From: Candidatus Poribacteria bacterium
GTDB lineage: Bacteria; Poribacteria; WGA-4E; WGA-3G
Direction: 5' to 3'
DNA: 64,000 nucleotides
NCBI GenBank assembly: GCA_965198235.1
Contig: OZ240248.1
Coordinates: 4,704,001-4,768,000, forward strand
The translations under genes and the position numbers were made by a program. The notes beneath the pieces were generated by a model. That model was given only the letters and a program-made list of their open reading frames with translations, was not told the origin of the DNA and did not search any database. Shown here piece by piece: positions 1 through 10,628 of the stretch (position 1 is the first letter of the stretch; each line of letters starts with the position of its first letter).

Positions 1-842
1 AAGAACCTGAAGACAAAAAACAATTAGTTCAAGTTGTGGATAAAGCGGTTGAAATTGTTTCACCCTTAATGGCTATTGCTTTAGTAGGTGTTGAATCCGG
101 TAGGGAAGAATTTAGAGACCAAAAATCTTTGCTTGATGATCTGCTAAATATTACTGGATGGAATCGTAGTGGGTACGAAGCTTGGGTAGACATTCCCAGC
201 GCGTTAGGGTATGTGTACCATGGTCTGCACGGGAGTATTAGTCTAAGTACAAATCAGATGGATATTGCCCTGAATCTTTCGCGAGTGAAAATCCCTAATC
301 CATATATAACAAAACCTCCTCAGGTCTGGGAAAGAAGTGATCTTATGGGGTGGGCGGACTCGTTTGGTCCAAGTTGCATAGAAGGTTGGAATTATTTAGC
401 CAATGCTTATGAAAGAGAAGGATGGGAGTGGTTGCCTCTAATATTCGAGAATGATCAGAAATATCGAACTACGCTGGTAGCATATTACATGGCATTGAAC
501 ATCCATGAATTAGCCTCTATAATTGCTTCAGGCCAACAGGATACGTTAAACAGAAATTTCAACTCAATGTCTCCATTTGGTTTTAATGTCCCATTGACTT
601 TTATGTCTGAAGAACAAGGCATAAACCAACGTGCGACTTCTGTATTACTTCGTAATCCAGAAGCACTTGCAGAATTATGGACTAGCTTAAATGTGAGACG
701 TGAACAAATTGAAATTTCATGGAGAAATTGGGTTAGTCTATTTGGAGTTTGGTTAAGGAATGTCTATGGATTCGTATCTCATGGAGAAGAAATTCGTGCT
801 CGAAATATTGTGCATCATAAGGATTTTTTTCAGCAGTTGTAA
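1..842 (+). CDS. Hypothetical protein, 5'-truncated by the window edge (defence-island associated)
   Basis: Frame of ORF 36..842 is open back to position 3; AT-rich; no recognisable motif in the visible part. Confidence 0.6.
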   Translation, partial: EPEDKKQLVQVVDKAVEIVSPLMAIALVGVESGREEFRDQKSLLDDLLNITGWNRSGYEAWVDIPSALGYVYHGLHGSISLSTNQMDIALNLSRVKIPNPYITKPPQVWERSDLMGWADSFGPSCIEGWNYLANAYEREGWEWLPLIFENDQKYRTTLVAYYMALNIHELASIIASGQQDTLNRNFNSMSPFGFNVPLTFMSEEQGINQRATSVLLRNPEALAELWTSLNVRREQIEISWRNWVSLFGVWLRNVYGFVSHGEEIRARNIVHHKDFFQQL

Positions 843-964
843 CCTTATCTTTTGTTTTGTTAAACTTCTTGAACAATCCTTGACTTGCCAAATTCGACAT
901 GGATTTACGAAAATAGATGTCGAAAACAATTGGTTTTAGGGATCGGAAAATAGCAGGGATAAAG

Positions 965-2635
965 ATGTCAGAAAATCCCAAGGTTTTCATCTCATATTCA
1001 CACGATTCTCCGGAACATAAACAGTGGGTATCTGAACTCGCTGTAAAACTCCGTCACAATGGCATTGATATGACACTTGACCAATGGGATATTCGACCGG
1101 GTGATGATATAACCCGATTCATGGAACGCGGCATCGTAGACGCTGATAGGATTTTGGTTGTTTGCACAGATAATTACGTGAGCAAGGCGAACACAGGCGA
1201 GGGCAGTGTAGGCTATGAGCGAATGATTATAACAAAAGAAATTGTTGAAAATCAGGGAAATAACAAATTTATTCCTATAATTCGTCAGACGGAATGGGAG
1301 GATAAAACTCCAGAATTTTTGAAAAATCGAGTTTATATTGATTTTACGGACGACAGCCAATTTGATGAGAAATTTGCGGAATTGCTTCATGAACGTTTGT
1401 TAGTCCTGCCCTTACAAAGACCATCGGTTCCACATATTGAGGCATTGCGTGTGAGGAACTACCGAGCATTACAGGATATAGAATTGAAACAACTTAAATC
1501 GTTAACTGTCTTTTTAGGTCCAAACGGCAGTGGAAAATCAACGCTTTTTGATGTGTTTGCGTTTCTTGCTGAATGTTTCACGGACGGGCTGCGCCGTGCT
1601 TTGGAGAAAAGAGAAGGTTTCAATGAACTGAGGACACGCGGCTGTGATGGACCAATTGCATTTGAGTTAAAATATCGCGAGGAACCCGGAACACCAATTA
1701 TTACCTATCATCTTTCCATCAATGAAAACCCAGAAGGTCCCTTTGTTGAAACCGAGTGGCTGCAATGGCGACGCGGGAGTCGCGGAAAACATGTGCGTTT
1801 CCTCAATTTTCATCACGGAAAAGGCAGTATAATTCCTGGCGAAACACCCGATAAAACAGATAAACCCATTGATGAGCAACTGGATGATCCCACAACGATC
1901 GCAGCAAGTATGTTTGGTCAATCCACGCATCACCCGCGCCTCGGTGCCTTTCGACGCTTTATTACAGATTGGTATCTCTCCGACCTTTCTACCGATGCCA
2001 CGCGCCAAGCAACCAACGATGGACCGCAAAAGCGATTATCTCCAACAGGGGACAACTTGCCCAATGTTATCCAGTACTTGCAGGAAAGATACCCAGAACG
2101 TTTGGAAAAAATTATATCTTCTCTGTCAAATCAAGTGCCTCGCTTAGAAAAGGTTGACACAGAATTAATGATGAGTGGTCGCCGCCTGCTAAAGATTAAA
2201 GATGCCCCGTTTGAACAACCCATCTTGGCAAAGTTCGCCTCCGATGGCACATTGAAGCTGCTGTCATACCTGACACTGTTTCATGACCCACAACCGCCTC
2301 AATTGATCGGTATTGAAGAACCGGAGAATTACCTGCACCCACGCCTGCTGACAGGTTTAGTCGGCGAGTGCCTTGAGGCCCTAATGTTCTCTCAACTCAT
2401 AATTACCACACATTCACCGCGGTTCGTCAATGAACTTCGTGCTGAGGAAGTGTGGGTACTGTATCGGGATGAGCAAGGTTTCACAGTTTGCAAACGCGCC
2501 TCGGAGATGTTGGGAATAGAGCAGCTTTTGGATGCAGGTGCGAAGTTGGGACAACTCTGGATGGAAGGTCACTTTGAATTTGGTGATCCCTTAACCAATG
2601 CAGGCGGCCCAAAGCGAGGTGTGCGTGCACATTAA
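965..2635 (+). CDS. TIR/SEFIR domain fused to an ABC-type (AAA_21-like) ATPase
   Basis: N-term PKVFISYSHDS..WV..LA..LR..GID..LDQW, GSVGYE, KFIPII; Walker A GPNGSGKS, signature ASDGT, Walker B IGIEEPEN, H-loop TTHSP; start at ATG 965 (ORF open from 917). Confidence 0.85.
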   Translation: MSENPKVFISYSHDSPEHKQWVSELAVKLRHNGIDMTLDQWDIRPGDDITRFMERGIVDADRILVVCTDNYVSKANTGEGSVGYERMIITKEIVENQGNNKFIPIIRQTEWEDKTPEFLKNRVYIDFTDDSQFDEKFAELLHERLLVLPLQRPSVPHIEALRVRNYRALQDIELKQLKSLTVFLGPNGSGKSTLFDVFAFLAECFTDGLRRALEKREGFNELRTRGCDGPIAFELKYREEPGTPIITYHLSINENPEGPFVETEWLQWRRGSRGKHVRFLNFHHGKGSIIPGETPDKTDKPIDEQLDDPTTIAASMFGQSTHHPRLGAFRRFITDWYLSDLSTDATRQATNDGPQKRLSPTGDNLPNVIQYLQERYPERLEKIISSLSNQVPRLEKVDTELMMSGRRLLKIKDAPFEQPILAKFASDGTLKLLSYLTLFHDPQPPQLIGIEEPENYLHPRLLTGLVGECLEALMFSQLIITTHSPRFVNELRAEEVWVLYRDEQGFTVCKRASEMLGIEQLLDAGAKLGQLWMEGHFEFGDPLTNAGGPKRGVRAH

Positions 2636-3248
2636 ATTCTTCTTGGAGGAGCCCTCTGCTGAAGAAGCATTAAAGCACCTCTTACCCAAGATTTTATTAA
2701 AAGATGTCAGTTATGAATTTCATACTTTTCAAGGAAGAGACGAGATGCTCAAAGAATTGCCAAAGCGTTTGAAAGGAGAACAATGGATACCTAACGACTG
2801 GCGAATTGTTGTACTTATTGATGAGGACCGTGAAGACTGCCACCAACTGAAAGAAAAATTAGAGACGGCAGCACACGAAGCAGGTTTTGTGACAAAATCC
2901 AGCGCGTTTCCAAACGCAGATTTTCAGGTCGTCAACCGATTGGCAGTTGAAGAATTAGAAGCATGGTTTTTTGGAGATGTTGAAGCTTTGCACGCAGCTT
3001 ATCCCAGAGTCTCAATAAATCTCCAATATCAGGCAAGATATCGAAACCCTGATGCAATCCCTGGCGGCACGTATGAAGCATTAGAAGACTTGCTCATGCA
3101 GAAAAACTACTATAAGGGACGGATATCCAAACCTACGGTGGCACAGAACATTGCACAACACATGGAACCGAGTCAGAACAGATCGAAAAGTTTTCAGGTA
3201 TTTGTTGAGGGACTCAAGGCATGCGTAGGAGAGGAATCGTTGGTATAA
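2625..3248 (+). CDS. DUF4276 family protein (TOPRIM-like partner of the ATPase)
   Basis: FFLEEPSAEE, VLIDED, ELEAWFFGD, NRSKSF motifs; overlaps ATPase stop; start uncertain (2598-2625). Confidence 0.75.
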   Translation: MHIKFFLEEPSAEEALKHLLPKILLKDVSYEFHTFQGRDEMLKELPKRLKGEQWIPNDWRIVVLIDEDREDCHQLKEKLETAAHEAGFVTKSSAFPNADFQVVNRLAVEELEAWFFGDVEALHAAYPRVSINLQYQARYRNPDAIPGGTYEALEDLLMQKNYYKGRISKPTVAQNIAQHMEPSQNRSKSFQVFVEGLKACVGEESLV

Positions 3249-3266
3249 GAACATTGGGGCAATAAC

Positions 3267-6200
3267 ATGAATCTCAATACAATTTACGAATCCGATATCG
3301 AAGAAGCCTCGCTTGACTGGTTAGCTGATTTGGGTTATACCGTTTTACACGGTCCTGACATCGCCCCGGACATGCCCAATGCTGAACGTTCCACTTACAA
3401 CGAAGTAATTTTGACAACCCGCTTACGAGATGCAATTGCCCACCTAAACCCACAAATACCTGCCGATGCACAGGAAGAAGCAATCCGTAAAGTGCTTAAT
3501 CCAGATTCGCCTGCTTTGGTTCAGAACAACCGTGCATTTCATCTGATGCTGGTGGACGGAATAGAGGTTGAATATCAGCAGCCAGACGGGACAATACGTA
3601 GTGGACAAGTGAGGTTAGTCGATTTTGATACGCCGAAAAACAACAACTGGCTGGCAGTTAACCAGTTCACAGTAGTGGAAAAAAGCGATCGCCGCCCGGA
3701 CCTCGTCCTGTTTATCAACGGACTCCCTTTAGCCGTAATTGAGCTCAAAAACCCAACCGATGAGAAAGCCAGCGTCCTAACCGCCTTCCGCCAAATCCAG
3801 ACCTACAAACAAGAAATCCCTACCTTATTCACCTACAACGAAGCGATCCTCATTTCTGACGGATTGGAAGCTCGCATCGGATCTTTAACCGCTGATACGG
3901 AATGGTTTCTGCCGTGGCGGACAATCGAAGGGGAGGACGAAGCACCATCAACTGATTTAGAACTGGAGGTATTGATTAAAGGTGCCTTTGAGAAGCACCG
4001 ATTTCTGCGTTATCTCAAACACTTCATCGTTTTTGAAGAAACCGAGGGTGGGGCGATTGGGAAAAAAATCGCTGGTTATCACCAATTCCACGCAGTCAAA
4101 ACAGCAGTTGATACCACTGTCCAAGCCTCGCGCCCGGAAGGAGAACAACAGTGTGGTGTTGTCTGGCACACACAAGGTTCAGGCAAAAGCTTAACGATGG
4201 CGTTTTATGCCGGTAGCATCATCCAGCACCCGCAGATGGAAAATCCAACTCTCGTCGTTATCACCGATATGAATGATTTAGACGATCAACTCTTCGGCAC
4301 ATTTGCTCGGTGTCAGCAGCTCCTGCGGCAAACCCCCGTACAGGCAAAAAACAGGAAGCATTTGCGTGAACTCCTGAAGGTCGCCTCTGGTGGTGTAGTC
4401 TTTACTACGGTTCAAAAATTTTTTCCTGCAGGTGAGGAAACTCGTTTTCCGCAACTGTCCAATCGGCGTAACACCGTACTTATCGCGGACGAAGCGCACC
4501 GTAGCCAATACGGTTTTATTGACGGGTTTGCCCGTCATATACGCGATGCACTTCCCAACGCCTCTTTCATCGGTTTTACCGGCACGCCGATTGAACTCAC
4601 AGATCGCAATACCCGTGCGGTTTTTGGGGATTACATTAGCATCTATGACATCCAACGGGCGGTTGATGACGGTGCCACCGTTCCAATCTTCTACGAAAGT
4701 CGCCTTGCCACAATTGAACTTGACGAGGATGAAAAGCCTCACATTGATCCCGAATTTGAGGACGTTACCGAAACTGAGGAGGTAGCACAGAAAGAAAAAC
4801 TCAAAACCAAATGGGCACAACTTGAAGCGTTGGTCGGAACGGAAAAACGGTTGGGACTTATTGCTGATGATATAATTGCCCACTTTGAAGAACGGTTGGA
4901 GACGATAGACGGTAAGGGGATGATTGTTTGTATGAGCCGTCGCATCTGCGTTGACCTCTACAACGCGATTGTCAAACGCCGTCCAGAATGGCATGACAGC
5001 GATGACAAAAAAGGCGTAATAAAAGTTGTGATGACAGGTTCTGCTTCTGATGATGTATCGTGGCAGCCGCATATCCGAAACAAGGCGCGGCGCGAGGAAA
5101 TGGCAGTTCGATTCAAAAATCCCAATGACTCGCTGAAACTTGTCATTGTCCGTGATATGTGGTTAACCGGATTTGACGCGCCGAGTCTTCACACCATGTA
5201 TGTAGACAAGCCGATGCGTGGACACGGACTGATGCAAGCGATTGCCCGCGTCAATCGCGTATACCGCGACAAACCCGGCGGTTTGATTGTAGACTACATA
5301 GGGATTGCTTACCATCTAAAACAGGCATTACAGAATTACACTGGAAGCGGTGGAAAAGGAAATGCTACCCTTAATAAAGCCGAAGCAGTCGCCGTAATGT
5401 TGGAGAAATACGAGATCTGTTGTGGACTCTTTCATGGATTTGACTGGTCGCCTTGGGTTACTGGGAACGCTGAAGATCGAATAAGATTACTACCACCAGC
5501 ACAAGAACATATATTGGCACAAAAGGATGGCAAAGAGCGTTTGCTGGGAGTGGTTACTGAGCTCTCTAAAGCGTTTGCATTGGCTGTCCCAGACGCAAAA
5601 ATAACTGAGATTCGCGACGATGTCGCCTTTTTTCAGGCGGTAAGAGGCGTTTTAGCAAAACCCTCAACTGCTGAAGAAACACAGTATGAAACTACAGAAC
5701 AAGCGATTAAGCAGTTGGTATCCAAAGCAGTCGTTTCCGAGGGAGTGGTTGACATCTTTACCGCCGCGGGATTGGAAAAGCCCGATGTCTCAATTCTCTC
5801 CGACGAATTCCTCGCAGAAGTCCGGGATTTACCCCATAAAAACGTGGCGATTGAACTCTTAGAGAAACTGCTTAATGATGAAATTAGAACTCGCTCACAG
5901 AAAAATGTTGTACAAGGACGTTCATTTGCAAGTATGCTGGAACGCTCAATTCGCACCTACCAGAACCGGGCAATTGAAGCGGCACAAGTAATTGAAGAAC
6001 TCATCGAAATCGCAAAAGAGATACGTCAAGCGCAAGAACGAGGTGACGACTTAGGGCTTTCAGATGAAGAATTAGCATTTTATGACGCACTTGAAGTTAA
6101 CGATAGCGCGGTCAAGGTGTTGGGTGATGAAACCTTGCGAACCATCGCCGTTGAACTTGTAGAAACCGTTCGACAGAACGTGAGTATTGACTGGACAATG

Positions 6201-6341
6201 AAGGAGAGTGCCCGCGCGAAGATACGAGTAATGGTGAAGCGCACCCTTCGCAAACACCGCTACCCAAGCGACAAACAAGCGAAAGCTACCGAAACCGTTT
6301 TGGAGCAGGCCGAAGTGTTGTGTAAGGATTGGGCAGCGTAG
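3267..6341 (+). CDS. hsdR: Type I restriction endonuclease subunit R
   Basis: [20 protein letters not shown] nuclease motif, [37 protein letters not shown]3387-like C-terminus. Confidence 0.95.
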   Translation: MNLNTIYESDIEEASLDWLADLGYTVLHGPDIAPDMPNAERSTYNEVILTTRLRDAIAHLNPQIPADAQEEAIRKVLNPDSPALVQNNRAFHLMLVDGIEVEYQQPDGTIRSGQVRLVDFDTPKNNNWLAVNQFTVVEKSDRRPDLVLFINGLPLAVIELKNPTDEKASVLTAFRQIQTYKQEIPTLFTYNEAILISDGLEARIGSLTADTEWFLPWRTIEGEDEAPSTDLELEVLIKGAFEKHRFLRYLKHFIVFEETEGGAIGKKIAGYHQFHAVKTAVDTTVQASRPEGEQQCGVVWHTQGSGKSLTMAFYAGSIIQHPQMENPTLVVITDMNDLDDQLFGTFARCQQLLRQTPVQAKNRKHLRELLKVASGGVVFTTVQKFFPAGEETRFPQLSNRRNTVLIADEAHRSQYGFIDGFARHIRDALPNASFIGFTGTPIELTDRNTRAVFGDYISIYDIQRAVDDGATVPIFYESRLATIELDEDEKPHIDPEFEDVTETEEVAQKEKLKTKWAQLEALVGTEKRLGLIADDIIAHFEERLETIDGKGMIVCMSRRICVDLYNAIVKRRPEWHDSDDKKGVIKVVMTGSASDDVSWQPHIRNKARREEMAVRFKNPNDSLKLVIVRDMWLTGFDAPSLHTMYVDKPMRGHGLMQAIARVNRVYRDKPGGLIVDYIGIAYHLKQALQNYTGSGGKGNATLNKAEAVAVMLEKYEICCGLFHGFDWSPWVTGNAEDRIRLLPPAQEHILAQKDGKERLLGVVTELSKAFALAVPDAKITEIRDDVAFFQAVRGVLAKPSTAEETQYETTEQAIKQLVSKAVVSEGVVDIFTAAGLEKPDVSILSDEFLAEVRDLPHKNVAIELLEKLLNDEIRTRSQKNVVQGRSFASMLERSIRTYQNRAIEAAQVIEELIEIAKEIRQAQERGDDLGLSDEELAFYDALEVNDSAVKVLGDETLRTIAVELVETVRQNVSIDWTMKESARAKIRVMVKRTLRKHRYPSDKQAKATETVLEQAEVLCKDWAA

Positions 6342-6450
6342 AAGAGTGAAAACAATTCATTCTGAGATCTAAGGCACTCCTTTTTTCTTCTATTCAGCAG
6401 ATATCGCATGTTCCAAAAACTGGATAGTTCCTAAAAAGGCACTAAAAACC

Positions 6451-6479
6451 TTGACAAAATTTTGGAAATTAACTATATT
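6451..6479 (+). promoter_or_regulatory. sigma70-type promoter of the STAS gene
   Basis: TTGACA-N17-TATATT. Confidence 0.6.
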
Positions 6480-6562
6480 AACCTATTGAAAATCTCTTTG
6501 TTAGGGCATAACTTGTAAGCCCGTATTCGCTCCTAATGTGAGCAATTAAGAAAGGAAAATAG

Positions 6563-6916
6563 ATGTTAGCAGAAATTCGTCAAAGAGAAGGGGTCATCGT
6601 TATTCGACCCACCGGCCGCATGATTGGTGCGGCAAATGCTGAAATTAGAGAGCAAATTAATGAGGAACTGGAGGAGCATTTTGACTCCCCAAAGGTTATC
6701 TTTAACCTCGAGAATGTTACCCGTATGGACAGTAGCGGCCTCGGCACGCTGGTATCTGTGAACGTGACGGTTTCCCGCAAAGGCGGACGGACGGCACTCG
6801 TCAACGCAGGCGCACATATCCGCAACCTTCTCATTCTCGGACGCTTAATGAGCGTCTTTGAGAACTACAATAGCGAAGAAGAGGGAATTCTCGCCCTAAC
6901 CTCTGAGGAGAGCTAA
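6563..6916 (+). CDS. STAS-domain anti-sigma factor antagonist
   Basis: NLENVTRMDSSGLGTL motif with phosphorylatable Ser; RBS AAGGA. Confidence 0.9.
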   Translation: MLAEIRQREGVIVIRPTGRMIGAANAEIREQINEELEEHFDSPKVIFNLENVTRMDSSGLGTLVSVNVTVSRKGGRTALVNAGAHIRNLLILGRLMSVFENYNSEEEGILALTSEES

Positions 6917-7060
6917 TCAACAGGGTAAAGTCCTTTAGTTCCTCCTTTAAACAACTATAGCCACACCTAAAATTTGTATGGCTCTGACAAGCAGGGTAAT
7001 TAGCCCCTTCGCTACTTAGGAAAATTTCTGAAAGGAACCAAGATACGAAGAAGGAGATTT

Positions 7061-8212
7061 ATGTCAAATCAGAATCTTCCGACGTTTACTGTCAATGCTG
7101 GTTTTCACAATCGGGATGGGTGCCCTGTTAGCGTTAACGTCAACCATCCCGGCGTGAGCCAACTCCACGATCATGCCGTTATCTTAACAGATGTCGCATC
7201 CGGTGATACCATTTCAGCACAGTGCTACGCTGACGAGGATGGTACTACCTTAACTTGGATACTCAATGGACTTGCCGCTGGTGAATCGCGGACCTACACC
7301 GTATCGGAAGGAAGTGTTGCTGGCGAGACAGGCGTTCAGTTAAAAGAAGAAGCCGAAACTATAACTGTAACACTCAATGACCGGCATTTTACAACATTTC
7401 GCTACGCAAAAGCGCAGTTTCGTCCTTATTTTTTTCCGGTTCTCGGTCCAAACGGACGCGAAGTGACACGCGGTGAAACAAGCGACATCTCGAAGGACCA
7501 CGTCCATCACCGTTCCCTCTACGTCGCCTACGGCGAAGTCAACGATGTTGACCTATGGGGTGAAGGAAGTAATTCTGGAAGGGTTGTGCATCAAGACTTC
7601 ACAGAAAAACAGGGTGGGGCTGTCGTCGGTAGACTTTATACGCATAATAGTTGGCAGACACAGGTAGGAGAGGCTTTGATGACCGACGTGCAGAATTACC
7701 GCATCTACAACCTACCTGAAGATACCGCAATCCTTGATCTCGATCTCAGTTTTATCGCTTCCGTGGGGGATGTACATTTCGGAGATACCAAGGAGGGCGG
7801 TATTATCTCAATTCGAGTCCAGCCGTCGATGAACGCTTCAGATGGTGGGAAGATAGAGAACGCTTTTGGCGGTGTCAATGAGACAGAAACTTGGGGTAAG
7901 CGTGCTAACTGGTGCGATTATTCTGGTGTTGTTGATGGAACGCCTGTTGGTATTGCTGTGTTCGATCATATTGTCAACCCACGCTATCCGACGTATTGGC
8001 ATGTGCGTAACTACGGGCTAATGGGAAGCAATATATTCGGAGGCGGCACTTTTGAAAGTGATCCTTCTAAAGATGGTTCCTATACACTCAAACAAGGTGA
8101 AGAGATGCACTTCCGGTTCCGCGTCCTTATCCATGCCGGCGATGCAAACGTTGGAAAGGTAGCGGAGAAATATCACGATTTCATCAACCCACCTGTCGTT
8201 GAGGTAGCCTAA
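7061..8212 (+). CDS. DUF6807 ('PmoA-like') family protein, probably carbohydrate-related
   Basis: RPYFFPV, DHVHHRSL, WCDYSG, FDHIVNPRYPTYWHVRNYGL; RBS AAGGAG. Confidence 0.7.
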   Translation: MSNQNLPTFTVNAGFHNRDGCPVSVNVNHPGVSQLHDHAVILTDVASGDTISAQCYADEDGTTLTWILNGLAAGESRTYTVSEGSVAGETGVQLKEEAETITVTLNDRHFTTFRYAKAQFRPYFFPVLGPNGREVTRGETSDISKDHVHHRSLYVAYGEVNDVDLWGEGSNSGRVVHQDFTEKQGGAVVGRLYTHNSWQTQVGEALMTDVQNYRIYNLPEDTAILDLDLSFIASVGDVHFGDTKEGGIISIRVQPSMNASDGGKIENAFGGVNETETWGKRANWCDYSGVVDGTPVGIAVFDHIVNPRYPTYWHVRNYGLMGSNIFGGGTFESDPSKDGSYTLKQGEEMHFRFRVLIHAGDANVGKVAEKYHDFINPPVVEVA

Positions 8213-8341
8213 GCGCGAACTTATATCAAATCGACTAAAATCTATAGACAAACCGGGTTTTCAACTCCCGATTTTATTATGCAGCTTTCGTGGCTAATTC
8301 TGATAAGGTCGATTCGGTATTATATCAAAGGAGATTTGTAA

Positions 8342-9412
8342 ATGCCGATTCCTACGATTCATGTCGGATGCACCCATTTCGCGCACGGTCGCCTACAAGC
8401 GCAAATCAATTCCAAAGGGCTTAACCCCGTTGCCTGTGTGGACATTAATCTCCCTGCAGCTCGCGAAGCTGTAGCAAGTTTAGAAGGGGATGTCCCTGAC
8501 TACCTTGCCGATCGCATCTACACGACAATAACCGAGGCGAAGGAGAAACACGGCGCGCAGGCATGTCTTATCTATGCCTCAACGACTGTCCATGCCAAAT
8601 TAATTGTTGAAAGCCTGAACCTCGGCATGCATACCCTCTGTGTCAAACCAATCGCAACAACCCAGTCAGAATTTCACGACATTATAGGCGCACATAAAGC
8701 GAATCCTGGCTTGATGCTCGTCCAAGGGCAGAATAAGCGGTGGAACCCTGCCGCCGCGAAAATGCGGGAGTGGCTTCGAGAAGAGGGTGGCATCGGTGAA
8801 ATGTTAGCGGGAGAGTGTCGATTCTGGATTCGCCAAAACTTATACACAGGTCCGGATTCTCGGCAACCCGATGCCTATGTTGATGGGCTTTTCTTCCACG
8901 CTGGCACGAGCCACCAGCTCGATCAGCTTGTTGCCGCAAAAGGGATCCCGAAGTATGTCACAGCACACGTTCACAACCGTCGAGATCCGGAGCTTGGGCA
9001 GATCGAAGCCTGGGGAACTGCTGGTGGCAACGCGCTCATGGAGTACGCAAACCGTGCCCCTTTCTCTTATGCAGGAACGCGGGCAGCGCATACAGCTCCG
9101 TTCGGGTGGAGTGGGCACTGGACTTTTCACGGCGAGGACGGAGATCTCCGACGAGATGCAGGACACCTGCAACTCTTCCGACTCGGCAAAACCATTGAAG
9201 ATGTATCCCTTCAAGATTTGCACGCCGGTCTAATAGAAGACGACCGCCTCCAGTTTGATGCGTTTGCGCAGGCGATTGCCAACGGAACGGATCGGGACTG
9301 GATGCAGAACACAACGCTCGGCACATGGATACTGATGGAAGCATGCAACGAGTCCGCTCGAACGCACGAAAAAGTTGATGTTGAAGTGTTCGCCAAGAAG
9401 ATGCTTGCTTAA
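8342..9412 (+). CDS. Gfo/Idh/MocA family oxidoreductase
   Basis: ACVD, HTLCVKP (EKP-like), QNKRW, SHQLD. Confidence 0.75.
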   Translation: MPIPTIHVGCTHFAHGRLQAQINSKGLNPVACVDINLPAAREAVASLEGDVPDYLADRIYTTITEAKEKHGAQACLIYASTTVHAKLIVESLNLGMHTLCVKPIATTQSEFHDIIGAHKANPGLMLVQGQNKRWNPAAAKMREWLREEGGIGEMLAGECRFWIRQNLYTGPDSRQPDAYVDGLFFHAGTSHQLDQLVAAKGIPKYVTAHVHNRRDPELGQIEAWGTAGGNALMEYANRAPFSYAGTRAAHTAPFGWSGHWTFHGEDGDLRRDAGHLQLFRLGKTIEDVSLQDLHAGLIEDDRLQFDAFAQAIANGTDRDWMQNTTLGTWILMEACNESARTHEKVDVEVFAKKMLA

Positions 9413-9433
9413 GTTTCAACAGAGGTTCTGGTA

Positions 9434-10567
9434 ATGAAGTTTTTTAAGATACTTTTTCTCGCAGCACTCAGTGCGATAATACTTACTGGATGCGAGAGGC
9501 AGCTTATATCACCGGTAGATCCTACTGGTCCCTCGCCAACCACTGCACAATTTGCGCAAAAGGCACTGTCGGACCTTGATGACACTGCAACTAAACACGG
9601 ACTCGTAGGTCTCGCAAACGCAGCAAGCGGAGTCGCAGAAATACTCGCAATTGAAGATGGTACTTCAGTGTACTCGACTTACTCAAGAATTGTTAGGCTT
9701 GCTCGGTCAGCAACTGTCTTGGCGCAAGAATTCGTTAAAGCAGGATGCGAAGTAGAATTGCAAGAATTTGCTGAAGCGTCCGTAAACGCAGTAAAAGCCT
9801 ATACAATAAGGGATGCAGATGACATGGAACAAGCATTGCAAAACCTTGCACAAGAGGCAGTAACAGCGAAAAAGCTATTGCAGCAGTTGCCAACTAATGA
9901 CACCTTCATTCCCTTCGCCTTCGGGTACGATTCTACCCCTTATGGAACCAACTTCCCCTATATCTCCAATGAAATATTGGTAGAGTATAACGATACAATT
10001 CGACCGGTGACCGAAACACGTACAGCTGTAATAGAGTTTCTGACCCTTAAAGGCTACATAGTGAAAGTAAGGACACACCTTAGGTTTGATCAGATATCTT
10101 TAGATGTGGGTGTCGATCCTCTTTTTCTTGGAGAAGGATTGATCAAAAAAATTCCCGGCGTTGGGTTTGTGCAGCCCAATTATCTTTACGAAACAACTGA
10201 GGTTAGACCCCGGCCTCCTAACGTTGTAATAACAAGTCGAATAATACATCAGGTGAGGACCAGATACAATAAAGCTTGGTGTCAGGGCAACTTTGACGTT
10301 ATAGACAGTATTTTAATTGAAGAAAGTGAGTTGGATTTCTTTGATTATTCTTTCGTTCGTAACCTTGCAGACATCTATGCAGAAGAAATTCCCGAAGCTG
10401 CTGAACGTATTCAAACAAATAGATTCTCCCCCCGTCTAATCGCAATAAAATTCTTAGAGATCTACTTCCGAGATTCGGAGAAAACTCTCGACGAAATTAT
10501 TGAACGCTTCCGGCAATCTGTCAGGATCGGAGGGGTGTGGGTATCGGATGTGTTATCGTACTTATGA
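9434..10567 (+). CDS. Hypothetical lipoprotein
   Basis: Signal peptide with lipobox LTGC; 377-aa ORF. Confidence 0.65.
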   Translation: MKFFKILFLAALSAIILTGCERQLISPVDPTGPSPTTAQFAQKALSDLDDTATKHGLVGLANAASGVAEILAIEDGTSVYSTYSRIVRLARSATVLAQEFVKAGCEVELQEFAEASVNAVKAYTIRDADDMEQALQNLAQEAVTAKKLLQQLPTNDTFIPFAFGYDSTPYGTNFPYISNEILVEYNDTIRPVTETRTAVIEFLTLKGYIVKVRTHLRFDQISLDVGVDPLFLGEGLIKKIPGVGFVQPNYLYETTEVRPRPPNVVITSRIIHQVRTRYNKAWCQGNFDVIDSILIEESELDFFDYSFVRNLADIYAEEIPEAAERIQTNRFSPRLIAIKFLEIYFRDSEKTLDEIIERFRQSVRIGGVWVSDVLSYL

Positions 10568-10628
10568 CGTTTTACCCCAATTACCGTATCACTGATTATT
10601 GGGATTAAAAAATTATGGAGGCTTCATA

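Noticed and set aside
7061-8212. Methane monooxygenase, suggested by the 'PmoA' family label
   Set aside because: Soluble protein without TM helices and no pmoB/pmoC; the family name is misleading.
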